From an uncultured Cytophagales bacterium (lineage in GTDB: Bacteria > Bacteroidota > Bacteroidia > Cytophagales > JAAEPT01): DNA of 64,000 bases. The DNA lies in NCBI GenBank assembly GCA_963849955.1, contig CAWKJU010000022.1, positions 2,406-66,405 on the forward strand. Reading direction: 5' to 3'. Positions 1-9,255 of this stretch are shown in pieces. The notes under the pieces are model-generated. The model worked only from the letters and a program-made list of their open reading frames with translations, searched no databases and was not told the DNA's origin. How positions within the stretch are numbered: position 1 is the first letter of the stretch; the number at the start of each line of letters is the position of its first letter. Both the position numbers and the translations under genes were made by a program.

Positions 1-927
1 TGTTTCCGTATTTTCTGCTAATAATAATTTTACTGCACCATGCGCATGATCTATTCGACCTGCCGCATTAATCCGGGGACCAATACCGAAAACCACATTG
101 GTGACCGTTAAGTCTTTTTTAAAACCTGCTAATTCAATTAAGGCCTTTAGACCTGGTCTTGGGTTGGTGTTTAACTGTTTTAAGCCGGCACTCACTAACA
201 CCCTATTTTCACCCGTGATAGGCACAATATCCGAACAAGTGGCTACAGCTACTAAATCCAAAAATTCAAAGGCTTCTGACTCATCAATCCCATTTTGTTG
301 GCAAAAGCCTTGAATCAATTTGAATGCTACACCACAGCCACACAATTCATCGTAGGGATAACTACAGGTCTCTTGCTTAGGATCCAGTATAGCAAATGCT
401 GGCGGTAACTCAATTCCTGGACGGTGATGGTCGCAAATGATAACATCAATCCCATATTCTTTCGCTTTGGCAATTTTTCCGATTGCTTTAATTCCACAGT
501 CGATGGTGACAATCACGGATATGTCGTTGTCTTTGGCATATTCAATGCCTTGCTCACTGACGCCATATCCTTCTGTGTATCTATCAGGAATATAATAATC
601 TAAGTTTGCTGTATAGTTTCTAAAAAAACCATAAAACAAAGCCACAGAAGTTGATCCATCGACATCATAATCACCATAAACCAATATTTTTTCTTCTTTT
701 TGAATGGCTTCAGAAATACGATTAACAGCTTCTGCAAGTCCTTTCATTAAAAATGGATCGTGCAAATTGGTTAACTCTGGTCGAAAATAAGTTTTGGCTT
801 GATCAAAAGTTTGCACCCCACGCTGTACCAATATTCCAGCTAATAAAGGTGAAATATTAATAGCCTCTGAAAGTGAGGTTACAGCTTCTTCTGAAGGTGA
901 TGGCAGAAAATCCCAGCGATAAGTCAT
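1..927 (-). CDS. recJ: Single-stranded-DNA-specific exonuclease RecJ (N-terminal part; runs off the window start)
   Basis: Manual minus-strand translation from ATG at 927: MTYRWDF...ILVYGDYDVDG...YIPDRYTEGYG...VTIDCGI...ICDHH...PRINAAGRI, the DHH-family RecJ motifs. Absent from the ORF track because the stop lies outside the window. Confidence 0.95.
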   Translation of the reverse strand, partial: MTYRWDFLPSPSEEAVTSLSEAINISPLLAGILVQRGVQTFDQAKTYFRPELTNLHDPFLMKGLAEAVNRISEAIQKEEKILVYGDYDVDGSTSVALFYGFFRNYTANLDYYIPDRYTEGYGVSEQGIEYAKDNDISVIVTIDCGIKAIGKIAKAKEYGIDVIICDHHRPGIELPPAFAILDPKQETCSYPYDELCGCGVAFKLIQGFCQQNGIDESEAFEFLDLVAVATCSDIVPITGENRVLVSAGLKQLNTNPRPGLKALIELAGFKKDLTVTNVVFGIGPRINAAGRIDHAHGAVKLLLAENTET

Positions 928-1032
928 AAGAGAAAAATAATCATTTAACTTTATAATATGAGTGAAGAAGAAGACAAAAAAAACTTAAAACCCTATTATA
1001 AAGTAGATTTACTTTTATACGGAATAATGGTA

Positions 1033-2394
1033 TTATTCATTATAATCCTGTTTGTCTTCTTTACTTAAAAATTGATTCTCCGATCGCTCTATGAGCGTTT
1101 CGTCTATATCTTTAGTTGCTTTTGCTCCCAACAATTTAATTTTTTCAGCACGCGTAATCAAATTACCAGTTCCTGTTGAGAGTTTGTTCATCGCGTCATC
1201 GTAGGACTTTTGAGAAACCAACAGCCCTTTATTTATTTTTTCCATATCAGCCAAAAACCCCACAAACTTATCATACAACGCTCCACTCTGTCGAGCAATT
1301 TCTATGGCGTTTTTAGTTTGCCGTTCTTGATTCCAGATGGAAGAAATGGTTCGTAATGTTGCCAATAAGGTAGAGGGCGAAACAATAACCACCTTATTGT
1401 CCCAGGCAAAGTTGAATAGATCAATATCTGCTTGAATGGCTAAACTAAAAGATGATTCGATTGGGATAAATAACAACACAAAATCGGGTGTGTTTAAACC
1501 TGCCGAAGTTTGATAGGCTTTCTCACTCAATTTTTTTACATGGCTTTTAACAGAAATTACGTGGCCTTTGAGAGCTATTACCCGTTCCTCTTCACTTTCA
1601 GCATTAATTACCTGTTCATACGCTACGAGTGAAACTTTAGCATCGATAATCAAGTGTTTGTTTTCAGGCAACCGCACGATAACATCTGGTTGAATTAATT
1701 TTCCTTCTAGATTTTGTGTGGAATACTGCGTGTCATATTCTTGTCCTTTCACCAACCCTGAGCGTTCTAATACGCGCTCTAGAATCACCTCTCCCCAATT
1801 TCCTTGTTTTTTTGTATCTCCTTTGAGGGCTTTAGTCAAATTGTGTGCTTCATCTGCCATACGCTTATTCAGTTCGTGTAGCAGTTTAATTTGTTCTTTG
1901 AGTCCTTCTTGATCTTTACCGCTTCGCTCAATTTTGTCTTCAAATGATTTGATGCGTTCACCCAGTGGTTTTAATGTCAGCGTTAATTTTTCATTGCTTA
2001 ACTGATTAATCTGCTCACTGTTTTGACGAAGCACTTTAGAGGCAATATTTTCAAATTCTTTTTGAAATTTCTCATTCAAACGCTCTATTTCTTCGCGTTG
2101 CTCCACCATTCGGGTTTCTTGACCTTGAAATACAGCAATGGATTTTTCTAACCTGCGCGAAAGATCTACATTTTCTTCTCTAGCCTGTTGAAGTTCAGAT
2201 TTGAAATCCAATATGTCTTTTGCTGCTAAATTGGCTCGCTCTTCAATTCGTGCTTTTTCCTGAGCTAACAACTGATAGTCGAGCTGCGAAACACCTTGTT
2301 CTTTGGTGTCTTGGGAATCAATTTTGGCTTTCATTACAAACCACATCGCTCCTGCGCCTATCACTAATCCTATAATTAAAAAAAGAATGTCCAT
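1033..2394 (-). CDS. rmuC: DNA recombination protein RmuC
   Basis: N-terminal TM helix, long coiled coil, then QGNWGEVILERVLE, PDVIVRLP, IIDAKVSL and PDFVLLFIPIE motifs of RmuC. Confidence 0.93.
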   Translation of the reverse strand: MDILFLIIGLVIGAGAMWFVMKAKIDSQDTKEQGVSQLDYQLLAQEKARIEERANLAAKDILDFKSELQQAREENVDLSRRLEKSIAVFQGQETRMVEQREEIERLNEKFQKEFENIASKVLRQNSEQINQLSNEKLTLTLKPLGERIKSFEDKIERSGKDQEGLKEQIKLLHELNKRMADEAHNLTKALKGDTKKQGNWGEVILERVLERSGLVKGQEYDTQYSTQNLEGKLIQPDVIVRLPENKHLIIDAKVSLVAYEQVINAESEEERVIALKGHVISVKSHVKKLSEKAYQTSAGLNTPDFVLLFIPIESSFSLAIQADIDLFNFAWDNKVVIVSPSTLLATLRTISSIWNQERQTKNAIEIARQSGALYDKFVGFLADMEKINKGLLVSQKSYDDAMNKLSTGTGNLITRAEKIKLLGAKATKDIDETLIERSENQFLSKEDKQDYNE

Positions 2395-2403
2395 GTTTGA
2401 GTA

Positions 2404-2594
2404 ATGAGATTGTTAGATGTGAGTATTGAGATTTTAAGAAGCGATATTATTAGCTGTGAGAAATTCTCTTTTTTCAAAACTAGAAGTTTCATCTTTAGTC
2501 TTAATACTTTGTATTATGTACTAAATACAGTTCTTGACTTGACTCTTGTCTCTTGGTACTTTCGTCTTTCTACTTTATACATTAATCTTAGTTC
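2404..2594. repeat. Degenerate heptamer tandem-repeat tract in the intergenic region
   Basis: 7-nt periodicity: gttagat/gtgagta/ttgagat (2412-2432); tttagtc/ttaatac/tttgtat/tatgtac/taaatac (2494-2528); ttgactc/ttgtctc/ttggtac/tttcgtc/tttctac/tttatac (2539-2580). Confidence 0.6.
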
Positions 2595-2609
2595 TAATTT
2601 GATTTAGAT

Positions 2610-2645
2610 AAAAAAAGCATCCCGATGTGTATCGAGATGCTTTTT
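2610..2645 (-). terminator. Intrinsic terminator downstream of the 2668-3258 gene (possibly bidirectional)
   Basis: aaaaaaagcatcccgat-gtgt-atcgagatgcttttt: near-perfect hairpin flanked by A and T runs. Confidence 0.8.
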
Positions 2646-2667
2646 AACTATTTGTTTAGTTAACTGA

Positions 2668-3258
2668 TTAGATCGATCCTTCTAAAACTTCTTTGATGTT
2701 GACTCTTTTACCGTCTTTATAAGATACAATCCAAGCGCCTTTTACGCCCATCTCTCTCATATATTTTTTGAATTTATCTGCTTCCCAATAGTCGCTGAAG
2801 ATACCCAAGGTATATTTCATAGTTCCGTCTGCATCAACTTCACCGCTAAAGTTTTGGTGACGATCAAAGTATTTTGTTAAATCAAAGTTTTTAAAAGCAC
2901 CTACTTGAACTTTAAACACAACACCTGGAGCTGCAGTTGTAGTGCCACCACTTGCCGCTACTGGTGCTGAAGCTGCTTGTTGCGCTTTTTCTTCTGCTGC
3001 CGCTGCCGCTGCTTTATAATCTTCTATTTCAGAACTAATTTGCTCGTTTTCAGACTCTAATTCATCTACACGAGTTTGTAAATTGATAACATCCTCTTTG
3101 TACTTGTCTTTATTTTCTACCAAAGCTTTGAAAGTCGCTGGACTCATTGACTTCAGTTTTTTCTTCCATTCTTTTTCTTCTTCCTTGGTCAACGTTTGGG
3201 CGAAACTCATAGAACCAAAAGTGATGACTAGCGCTAAGGCAAAAACGACTTTATTCAT
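2668..3258 (-). CDS. Exported coiled-coil protein with C-terminal SPOR-like domain
   Basis: Signal peptide MNKVVFALALVITFGSMSFAQ (ATG 3258 preferred to the track start at 3282), coiled coil, Ala-rich linker, FKVQVGAF...KYTLGIF...GVKGAWIV SPOR-like pattern. Confidence 0.7.
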   Translation of the reverse strand: MNKVVFALALVITFGSMSFAQTLTKEEEKEWKKKLKSMSPATFKALVENKDKYKEDVINLQTRVDELESENEQISSEIEDYKAAAAAAEEKAQQAASAPVAASGGTTTAAPGVVFKVQVGAFKNFDLTKYFDRHQNFSGEVDADGTMKYTLGIFSDYWEADKFKKYMREMGVKGAWIVSYKDGKRVNIKEVLEGSI

Positions 3259-3344
3259 AATTATATAATTAGAGTAGCCCAATTTCGATAATTTTTTTAG
3301 AATGACAAAAAAAAGGCTTTAAAGCTTAAAATTTAAAATGATTA

Positions 3345-4736
3345 TTAATCATTTCCTATCATTTTTAAGGGATCAACCCAACGATCAAACTCCTCAGCAC
3401 TAACATAACCTAGCCTAATTGCTTCTTCTTTCAGCGTTGTGTCATTTTCATGTGCTGCATTCGCTATTTCAGCTGCTTTGTAATAGCCAATCTTTGTGTT
3501 CAATGCTGTCACCAGCATCAACGAATTATTTAACAGTTCTTTAATACGTTTTTTGTTGGGTTCGATTCCTGCCACACAATGTTTCTCAAAGGAAACACAA
3601 GCATCGCCTAACAATTGAGCAGAGTGTAGTAAGTTGGCAATCATCATTGGTTTAAAAACGTTTAACTCAAACTGTCCACTCATGCCACCTACTGAAATCG
3701 CTACATCATTACCCATTACTTGAGCACAGACCATCGTTAATGCTTCACACTGTGTGGGATTTACTTTTCCCGGCATAATGGAGGAACCCGGCTCATTGGC
3801 AGGGATGTTGATTTCGCCAATTCCCGAACGCGGACCAGAACTTAACATTCTGATGTCATTGGCTATTTTCATTAAACTCACTGCCAATTGTTTTAAGGCT
3901 CCATGCGTTTCCACTAAAGCATCATGGGCAGCTAATGATTCAAATTTATTTTCTGCTGTTTTGAAAGGCAAATCAGAAATTTCAGCAATGTTTTTTGCCA
4001 CCAATTCAGCATATCCATTTGGTGTATTTAAACCTGTGCCTACCGCTGTTCCACCCAATGCCAGCTCGGATAAATGAGTCAAAGTGTTTTTTAATGCCTT
4101 TAATCCATGTGTTAATTGCGCGGCATAACCACTGAACTCTTGTCCGAGTGTTAATGGAGTAGCGTCCATAAAATGGGTACGGCCAATTTTAACCACCGCC
4201 TTCATTTCCTCACTTTTTTGCATGATGGTATTTCTTAGCCTTTCAACCGAAGGAATAGTGTTTTCAATCAATGACTTATAAGCAGCAATGTGCATGGCCG
4301 TAGGAAACGTATCGTTAGATGATTGCGATTTATTGACATCGTCATTGGCTAAAATGAATTTTTCGCCTTCTCCTAGCTTATTTCCTCGCAGCACATGAGA
4401 GCGGTTGGCGATGACTTCATTCACATTCATGTTGGTTTGGGTGCCTGAACCGGTTTGCCAAATCACCAAAGGAAATTGATCATCCCATTTTCCATTGGTG
4501 ATTTCATCACAGACCTGCGCAATCAAATCTGATTTTTCTTTATCCAAAACACCGAGCTCTACGTTGGTTTTTGCGGCAGCTTTTTTTAGCGAGGCAAAAG
4601 CATATATCACTTCGATAGGCATTTTTTGGTTACCAATCTTGAAATTTTCCAAAGAGCGTTGGGTTTGAGCACCCCAATATTTGTCTTCAGGAACTTGTAC
4701 TTCTCCAAGTGTATCTTTTTCTATTCTATAGTTCAT
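3345..4736 (-). CDS. fumC: Class II fumarate hydratase
   Basis: [31 protein letters not shown] and the [11 protein letters not shown] signature. Confidence 0.97.
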   Translation of the reverse strand: MNYRIEKDTLGEVQVPEDKYWGAQTQRSLENFKIGNQKMPIEVIYAFASLKKAAAKTNVELGVLDKEKSDLIAQVCDEITNGKWDDQFPLVIWQTGSGTQTNMNVNEVIANRSHVLRGNKLGEGEKFILANDDVNKSQSSNDTFPTAMHIAAYKSLIENTIPSVERLRNTIMQKSEEMKAVVKIGRTHFMDATPLTLGQEFSGYAAQLTHGLKALKNTLTHLSELALGGTAVGTGLNTPNGYAELVAKNIAEISDLPFKTAENKFESLAAHDALVETHGALKQLAVSLMKIANDIRMLSSGPRSGIGEINIPANEPGSSIMPGKVNPTQCEALTMVCAQVMGNDVAISVGGMSGQFELNVFKPMMIANLLHSAQLLGDACVSFEKHCVAGIEPNKKRIKELLNNSLMLVTALNTKIGYYKAAEIANAAHENDTTLKEEAIRLGYVSAEEFDRWVDPLKMIGND

Positions 4737-4840
4737 ATCTTCTCTTTTTTGAATTAAAAACTGTTGTCACATCATCAAGTTATTAATAATACTTGCGATG
4801 AACCAATAGAACTTACTACTTTGTAGTTTACTCCAAAGTC

Positions 4841-6214
4841 ATGGCAAAAATCAAATCGACATATTTCTGTCAATCGTGTGGTTACAACTCTCCTAAATGG
4901 TTAGGCAAATGCCCTTCCTGCAATGAATGGAATACATTCGTAGAGGAAGTCGTACAAAAAGAAACACCTCAAAAAGGTTCATGGAAAACGGGCTCTGAAA
5001 AAAACATCGCTAATCGACCTCTTCGTGTGGCCGATATTGCCATTGACACAACTGCTCGAATTGTAACTCAAGATGCGGAACTCAATCGGGTATTGGGTGG
5101 TGGAATTGTACCCGGCTCCTTGGTTTTGTTAGGAGGTGAACCAGGAATAGGAAAGTCAACCTTATTGCTTCAGTTGTCTATCTCTCTTGCGGGGAAAAAG
5201 GTGCTTTACGTTTCGGGAGAAGAAAGTGAATCACAAATTAAAATGCGAGCGGAACGCATAAGTAAAGACAATCAGGAATGCTATATTTTAGCAGAGACAA
5301 ATACCCAGAACATCTTTAAACAAATTGAGCAACTCGCTCCTGATGTGGTCATTATTGATTCCATTCAAACCTTGCATTCTACCTACATTGAATCTGTGGC
5401 TGGTAGCGTCTCCCAAGTACGAGAATGTGCTGCTGAGATGTTGAAGTTTGCCAAGGAAACTTCAGTACCTGTGTTTTTAGTAGGACATATTACCAAAGAC
5501 GGTTCTATTGCTGGACCAAAAGTACTGGAACACATGGTGGACACCGTACTACAATTTGAAGGCGATCGCCATTTGAGTTACCGCATTTTGCGCACCATTA
5601 AAAACCGGTTTGGCTCTACTTCCGAATTAGGAATATATGAAATGCTGGGCGATGGTTTACGGGAAGTTAGCAATCCTTCCGAAATTTTAATTTCCCAACG
5701 GGACGAAGCTTTAAGTGGTGTCGCTATCGCAGCTTCTCAGGAAGGCAACCGCCCTTTATTAATAGAAATACAATCGCTCGTAAGTCCCGCCAACTACGGA
5801 ACACCTCAACGGTCGTGCACGGGGTATGACAGCAAACGTTTGAATATGTTGTTAGCTGTTCTCGAAAAACGTGGGGGTTTTCGCTTAGGGGTACAGGATG
5901 TGTTCTTAAATATTGCCGGAGGTTTAAAGGTAGATGACCCAGCGATCGACTTAGCCATATGCGTAGCTATTGTTTCCAGTTTTGAAGAGATGACCATTTC
6001 TCCAACGTGTTGTTTTGCTGGTGAAATTGGTTTAGGTGGTGAATTGCGAGCGGTAAACCGTATCGAAGGACGAATTCAGGAAGCCGAGAAACTAGGGTTT
6101 CAAGAAATCTATATCTCGAAATTCAATAAACTAACCCTCGACAAATCGAAAATGAAAATTAAGATTTTTGAATTTTCGAAGTTAAGTCAGGTGTTTGAGG
6201 AGTTGTTTGGGTAG
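4841..6214 (+). CDS. radA: DNA repair protein RadA/Sms
   Basis: N-terminal C4 zinc finger, Walker A GEPGIGKST, KNRFG motif, Lon-like C-terminal domain. Confidence 0.97.
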   Translation: MAKIKSTYFCQSCGYNSPKWLGKCPSCNEWNTFVEEVVQKETPQKGSWKTGSEKNIANRPLRVADIAIDTTARIVTQDAELNRVLGGGIVPGSLVLLGGEPGIGKSTLLLQLSISLAGKKVLYVSGEESESQIKMRAERISKDNQECYILAETNTQNIFKQIEQLAPDVVIIDSIQTLHSTYIESVAGSVSQVRECAAEMLKFAKETSVPVFLVGHITKDGSIAGPKVLEHMVDTVLQFEGDRHLSYRILRTIKNRFGSTSELGIYEMLGDGLREVSNPSEILISQRDEALSGVAIAASQEGNRPLLIEIQSLVSPANYGTPQRSCTGYDSKRLNMLLAVLEKRGGFRLGVQDVFLNIAGGLKVDDPAIDLAICVAIVSSFEEMTISPTCCFAGEIGLGGELRAVNRIEGRIQEAEKLGFQEIYISKFNKLTLDKSKMKIKIFEFSKLSQVFEELFG

Positions 6215-6242
6215 AATTATTCGTTTGCAAAGATACCAAACA

Positions 6243-6494
6243 GTGGTTTGTGAGGACACAAACCACGGCATCAATTTTATCCTTACGTCATTCCCACGTA
6301 GGTGGGAATCTGCCAATCGACAGCCTAAAAACCATATACAAACCTTCATCCCACAACTTTGTTTTTCATAGATTAACAGCGTTCTCACTCCCAAAACTTG
6401 CACGTCACCCCAGAATTAATATCAGGGGTCTCCCAATCGAAGCCTTTAGGCTCGTCTCCACCTCAGAGAGATTCCCGCCTACGCGGGAATGACG
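6243..6494. repeat. Composite cluster of REP-like palindromes
   Basis: Perfect 10-bp hairpin gtggtttgtg-agga-cacaaaccac (6243-6266); inverted pair cgtcattcccacgtaggtgggaatct (6286-6311) / agattcccgcctacgcgggaatgacg (6469-6494); internal degenerate cgtcacccc...ggggtct (6403-6431). Confidence 0.8.
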
Positions 6495-6598
6495 GATTGT
6501 AAAAAGAATTCGCTTATATTAATGGTACCGTTTACTTTCGCCTCATCTTTTGTATACATCAGCACAAATCGTTTTAACCACCTATAACTTATTTTATC

Positions 6599-8866
6599 AT
6601 GAAAAAACTTTTATTACCATTACTGCTTTTTACTTGCCTAGTGGCAAATGCCGCTATTCCAGGTATCACTAATTATTTCAGTACTTTTGGTGGAATGCAG
6701 CCATGGGATGATGGTGAAAAAACCATCTACTGGGGAGTAATTACCTGTCAACCTAATCAGCTCCAAATTGATTTTGAAATAGCAGATAATTACACATTAT
6801 CAAACAATAGTATTGCTCAGCTTATAAACAGTTCCCCTACGTCTATAACTATTGATGTATTTGATGCTTTTGACGGAGTTATCGACATCATGAATTCCTC
6901 GAATGTTCTTATTTGTACAATTCAACTACAACCACTTCCAAATGATTTATTCGGTATATCGTTAGATCCGTATTATAATAATATTAAAGATGATACACTT
7001 TATCTCTGTTCCGCGTTTGGAACTAACCCATTAGAGATAACTTATGAAATCAACGCCCCTTTTAACCCTCAAAATTACTGTTTTCAACAAGATCAAGATG
7101 CAAAAATCTATATCAACAATGTAGCACAAGACAGCAAACTTTGGGAAGACATAACCTTAAAAACTGGTGATACATTATTTGTAAAACGACCTAGCGGTTT
7201 TGTTCCTTGTGATTGTGGTTTTGAACAATTTCAATCTGAACTAAAGACAGACTCTTACATCATTAAATTGGTCGACAATGAAGTGAAGCCTGTAGCTAGT
7301 GTTGTTTCTGGCAACACTACCATTTGCCCAGGCGATACAGCCATATTAGGACAAACAACCGTTACGAGTTTAGATTATAGATGGCATAAAAATAACTCAA
7401 CTAGTTACTATTTTTCTAAAGATACTGTGCCCATTAACCAACCTGGAAAATATAGAATGGCACAATACAACACACCAAAAGGTGAATGTCCTGCTGTTTC
7501 TCCCGTGATAGATGTGATGAAAGGTATTGGCTGCAAAGGATTTATTAATGGTTTCGTCTATAAAGATGGAAGCTACAATAGCACTACCAAAAAATATACT
7601 GCTTATGAAGGCGTAACTGTAAAAACCAACAACGGTATGGTAACTGTAAGTGACAAAAACGGTTATTTCGAATTTTATTACGATAGTATTGTAGACAGTC
7701 AAATCAATCGGGTTTATGTGGCTGACCCAGAATATTATGCTGCTAACGCATCAATCTATACTGACAACAATTTTATGTTGGATGTGAACAACAACCTTTA
7801 TACTTATTTATTAGAAACAAACGATTTAGCAGCTCATTTAAACAGTACCCGAAACCGACCAGGTTTTACCATGCCTTATTATGTATCAGTTGAAAACAGA
7901 GGTAAAAACCCGTTAACAACACAAGTAACAGTAACACTTGACAATAATTTAACTTACACCTCTCTTGAAAGTGAAAACAAACCAACTACTGCAACAGGTC
8001 AAACACTCACTTGGGAAAATGTAACAGTAGAAAGTGGGGTCACAAAACGCCTAACTTTATATGCTGTTTTAGATAGAAAAACAGCGTTAGGAACTGAGTT
8101 AATAAGTACTGCAAAGTTGACTATGGCATCCGCAGATGATGTACCTGCAAATGACAATACCACTTTCAAAACTACGGTAAGCGGATCGTTTGATCCAAAT
8201 GATAAATTAGTGACTTACGTAGGTGCGTTTACTGAAGGATATATCTATGATACTACGAATTTCGAATACACCATCCGTTTCCAAAACACAGGAACTGATA
8301 CAGCTTTCACAGTACGTGTTGAAGATGTAATTTCTAAGAGTTTGGATTTGACTACAATCAATTTTATAGATGCCAGTCATGAATTTACTCCAATCATTTC
8401 AGGAGATACTGTAAAGTGGCTTTTCAAAAACATACTATTAGCTGATAGTAATGTAAACGAACCAGCTAGTCATGGATTCATCCGTTTTTCAATTAAGCAA
8501 AAAGTAGGTAATGCTCCTGGTACAGTGATTAAAAACAAAGCCTCTATTTTCTTTGACTTTAACGAGCCAGTCATCACCAATGAGGTAGTGAGTATCATTA
8601 ACAATGATATAGTTACTGATATTGAGCAAGAAAAACAAGCTCAAGCATTAAAGTTAGTTTCCGCTTATCCTAATCCCGCATGTAATTCTATTTCTATAAA
8701 TGCTGAAGGAACAGGTACACTAGAATTATATAGCAGCATTGGTTCTTTGGTTTTAAAAACTGATAGTAAAGAAAATATTAACATAGATACCTTAAAAAGT
8801 GGAGTGTATTATTACCAGTTTATTACTGATTCGAAGGTATTCTCCGGGAGTTTTGTGAAGGAGTAA
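6599..8866 (+). CDS. T9SS type A sorting domain-containing protein with DUF11/DUF7619-like Ig domains
   Basis: Signal peptide; GSFDPNDK...YTIRFQNTGT...GFIRFSI...IFFDFNEPVITN module; C-terminal YPNP...SGVYYY...FVKE CTD. Confidence 0.85.
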   Translation: MKKLLLPLLLFTCLVANAAIPGITNYFSTFGGMQPWDDGEKTIYWGVITCQPNQLQIDFEIADNYTLSNNSIAQLINSSPTSITIDVFDAFDGVIDIMNSSNVLICTIQLQPLPNDLFGISLDPYYNNIKDDTLYLCSAFGTNPLEITYEINAPFNPQNYCFQQDQDAKIYINNVAQDSKLWEDITLKTGDTLFVKRPSGFVPCDCGFEQFQSELKTDSYIIKLVDNEVKPVASVVSGNTTICPGDTAILGQTTVTSLDYRWHKNNSTSYYFSKDTVPINQPGKYRMAQYNTPKGECPAVSPVIDVMKGIGCKGFINGFVYKDGSYNSTTKKYTAYEGVTVKTNNGMVTVSDKNGYFEFYYDSIVDSQINRVYVADPEYYAANASIYTDNNFMLDVNNNLYTYLLETNDLAAHLNSTRNRPGFTMPYYVSVENRGKNPLTTQVTVTLDNNLTYTSLESENKPTTATGQTLTWENVTVESGVTKRLTLYAVLDRKTALGTELISTAKLTMASADDVPANDNTTFKTTVSGSFDPNDKLVTYVGAFTEGYIYDTTNFEYTIRFQNTGTDTAFTVRVEDVISKSLDLTTINFIDASHEFTPIISGDTVKWLFKNILLADSNVNEPASHGFIRFSIKQKVGNAPGTVIKNKASIFFDFNEPVITNEVVSIINNDIVTDIEQEKQAQALKLVSAYPNPACNSISINAEGTGTLELYSSIGSLVLKTDSKENINIDTLKSGVYYYQFITDSKVFSGSFVKE

Positions 8867-8895
8867 CTAAGTAATAGTATGTGATGAAAACTGTT

Positions 8896-8933
8896 AAGGA
8901 AGACGAACTTTAAAAGGTCGTCTTCCTTTTTTT
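8896..8933 (+). terminator. Intrinsic terminator of the T9SS cargo gene
   Basis: aaggaagacga-actttaaaagg-tcgtcttcctt followed by a T run. Confidence 0.85.
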
Positions 8934-9255
8934 ATTGCTGTTCTACTAGCGTTTTTATAACTATGAAAAGAACATAACTCATTCCAAAACACAAAAACAT
9001 TATTTTACTCCTTTTCCGGTTTTTAATAACATTTAAAAAGATCTGTTTATCTTTTTCATTTTCTGCATTTTCAATTAAATATACGAGCTCTTTTTTCGTT
9101 GCTGCGTTCTTATATTTATCTTGTGACTTTCTTTTGAACCTTCCATTTCTAACATATCCATAAGATTTATCTTTTAAAGCGAAAAAAAATCCAAGCAGAA
9201 AAAAAACATATGTTAAGTACTCGACACCATTTAAAAAAAAACTAATTGGCTCCAT
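8932..9255 (-). CDS. Small hypothetical membrane protein (2 predicted TM helices)
   Basis: 107-aa ORF with hydrophobic ends and a basic central loop; its start overlaps the end of dsbD by 14 nt. Confidence 0.6.
   Translation of the reverse strand: MEPISFFLNGVEYLTYVFFLLGFFFALKDKSYGYVRNGRFKRKSQDKYKNAATKKELVYLIENAENEKDKQIFLNVIKNRKRSKIMFLCFGMSYVLFIVIKTLVEQQ

Noticed and set aside
98-512. Short ORFs 98-313 (+) and 327-512 (-)
   Set aside because: Antisense or out-of-frame shadows of recJ, which occupies 1-927.
2404-2607. 67-aa ORF on the + strand
   Set aside because: Coincides with the heptamer-repeat tract, has no recognisable protein features and starts 9 nt from the divergent rmuC start.
6182-6492. 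ORFs 6182-6403 (-) and 6250-6492 (+)
   Set aside because: Translations of REP-like palindromes (DSHLRGND, RHSHVGGN, RFPPTRE are typical repeat read-throughs).
6243-6494. Possible CRISPR array
   Set aside because: The units are inverted and heterogeneous, not regularly spaced direct repeats; no cas genes in the window.
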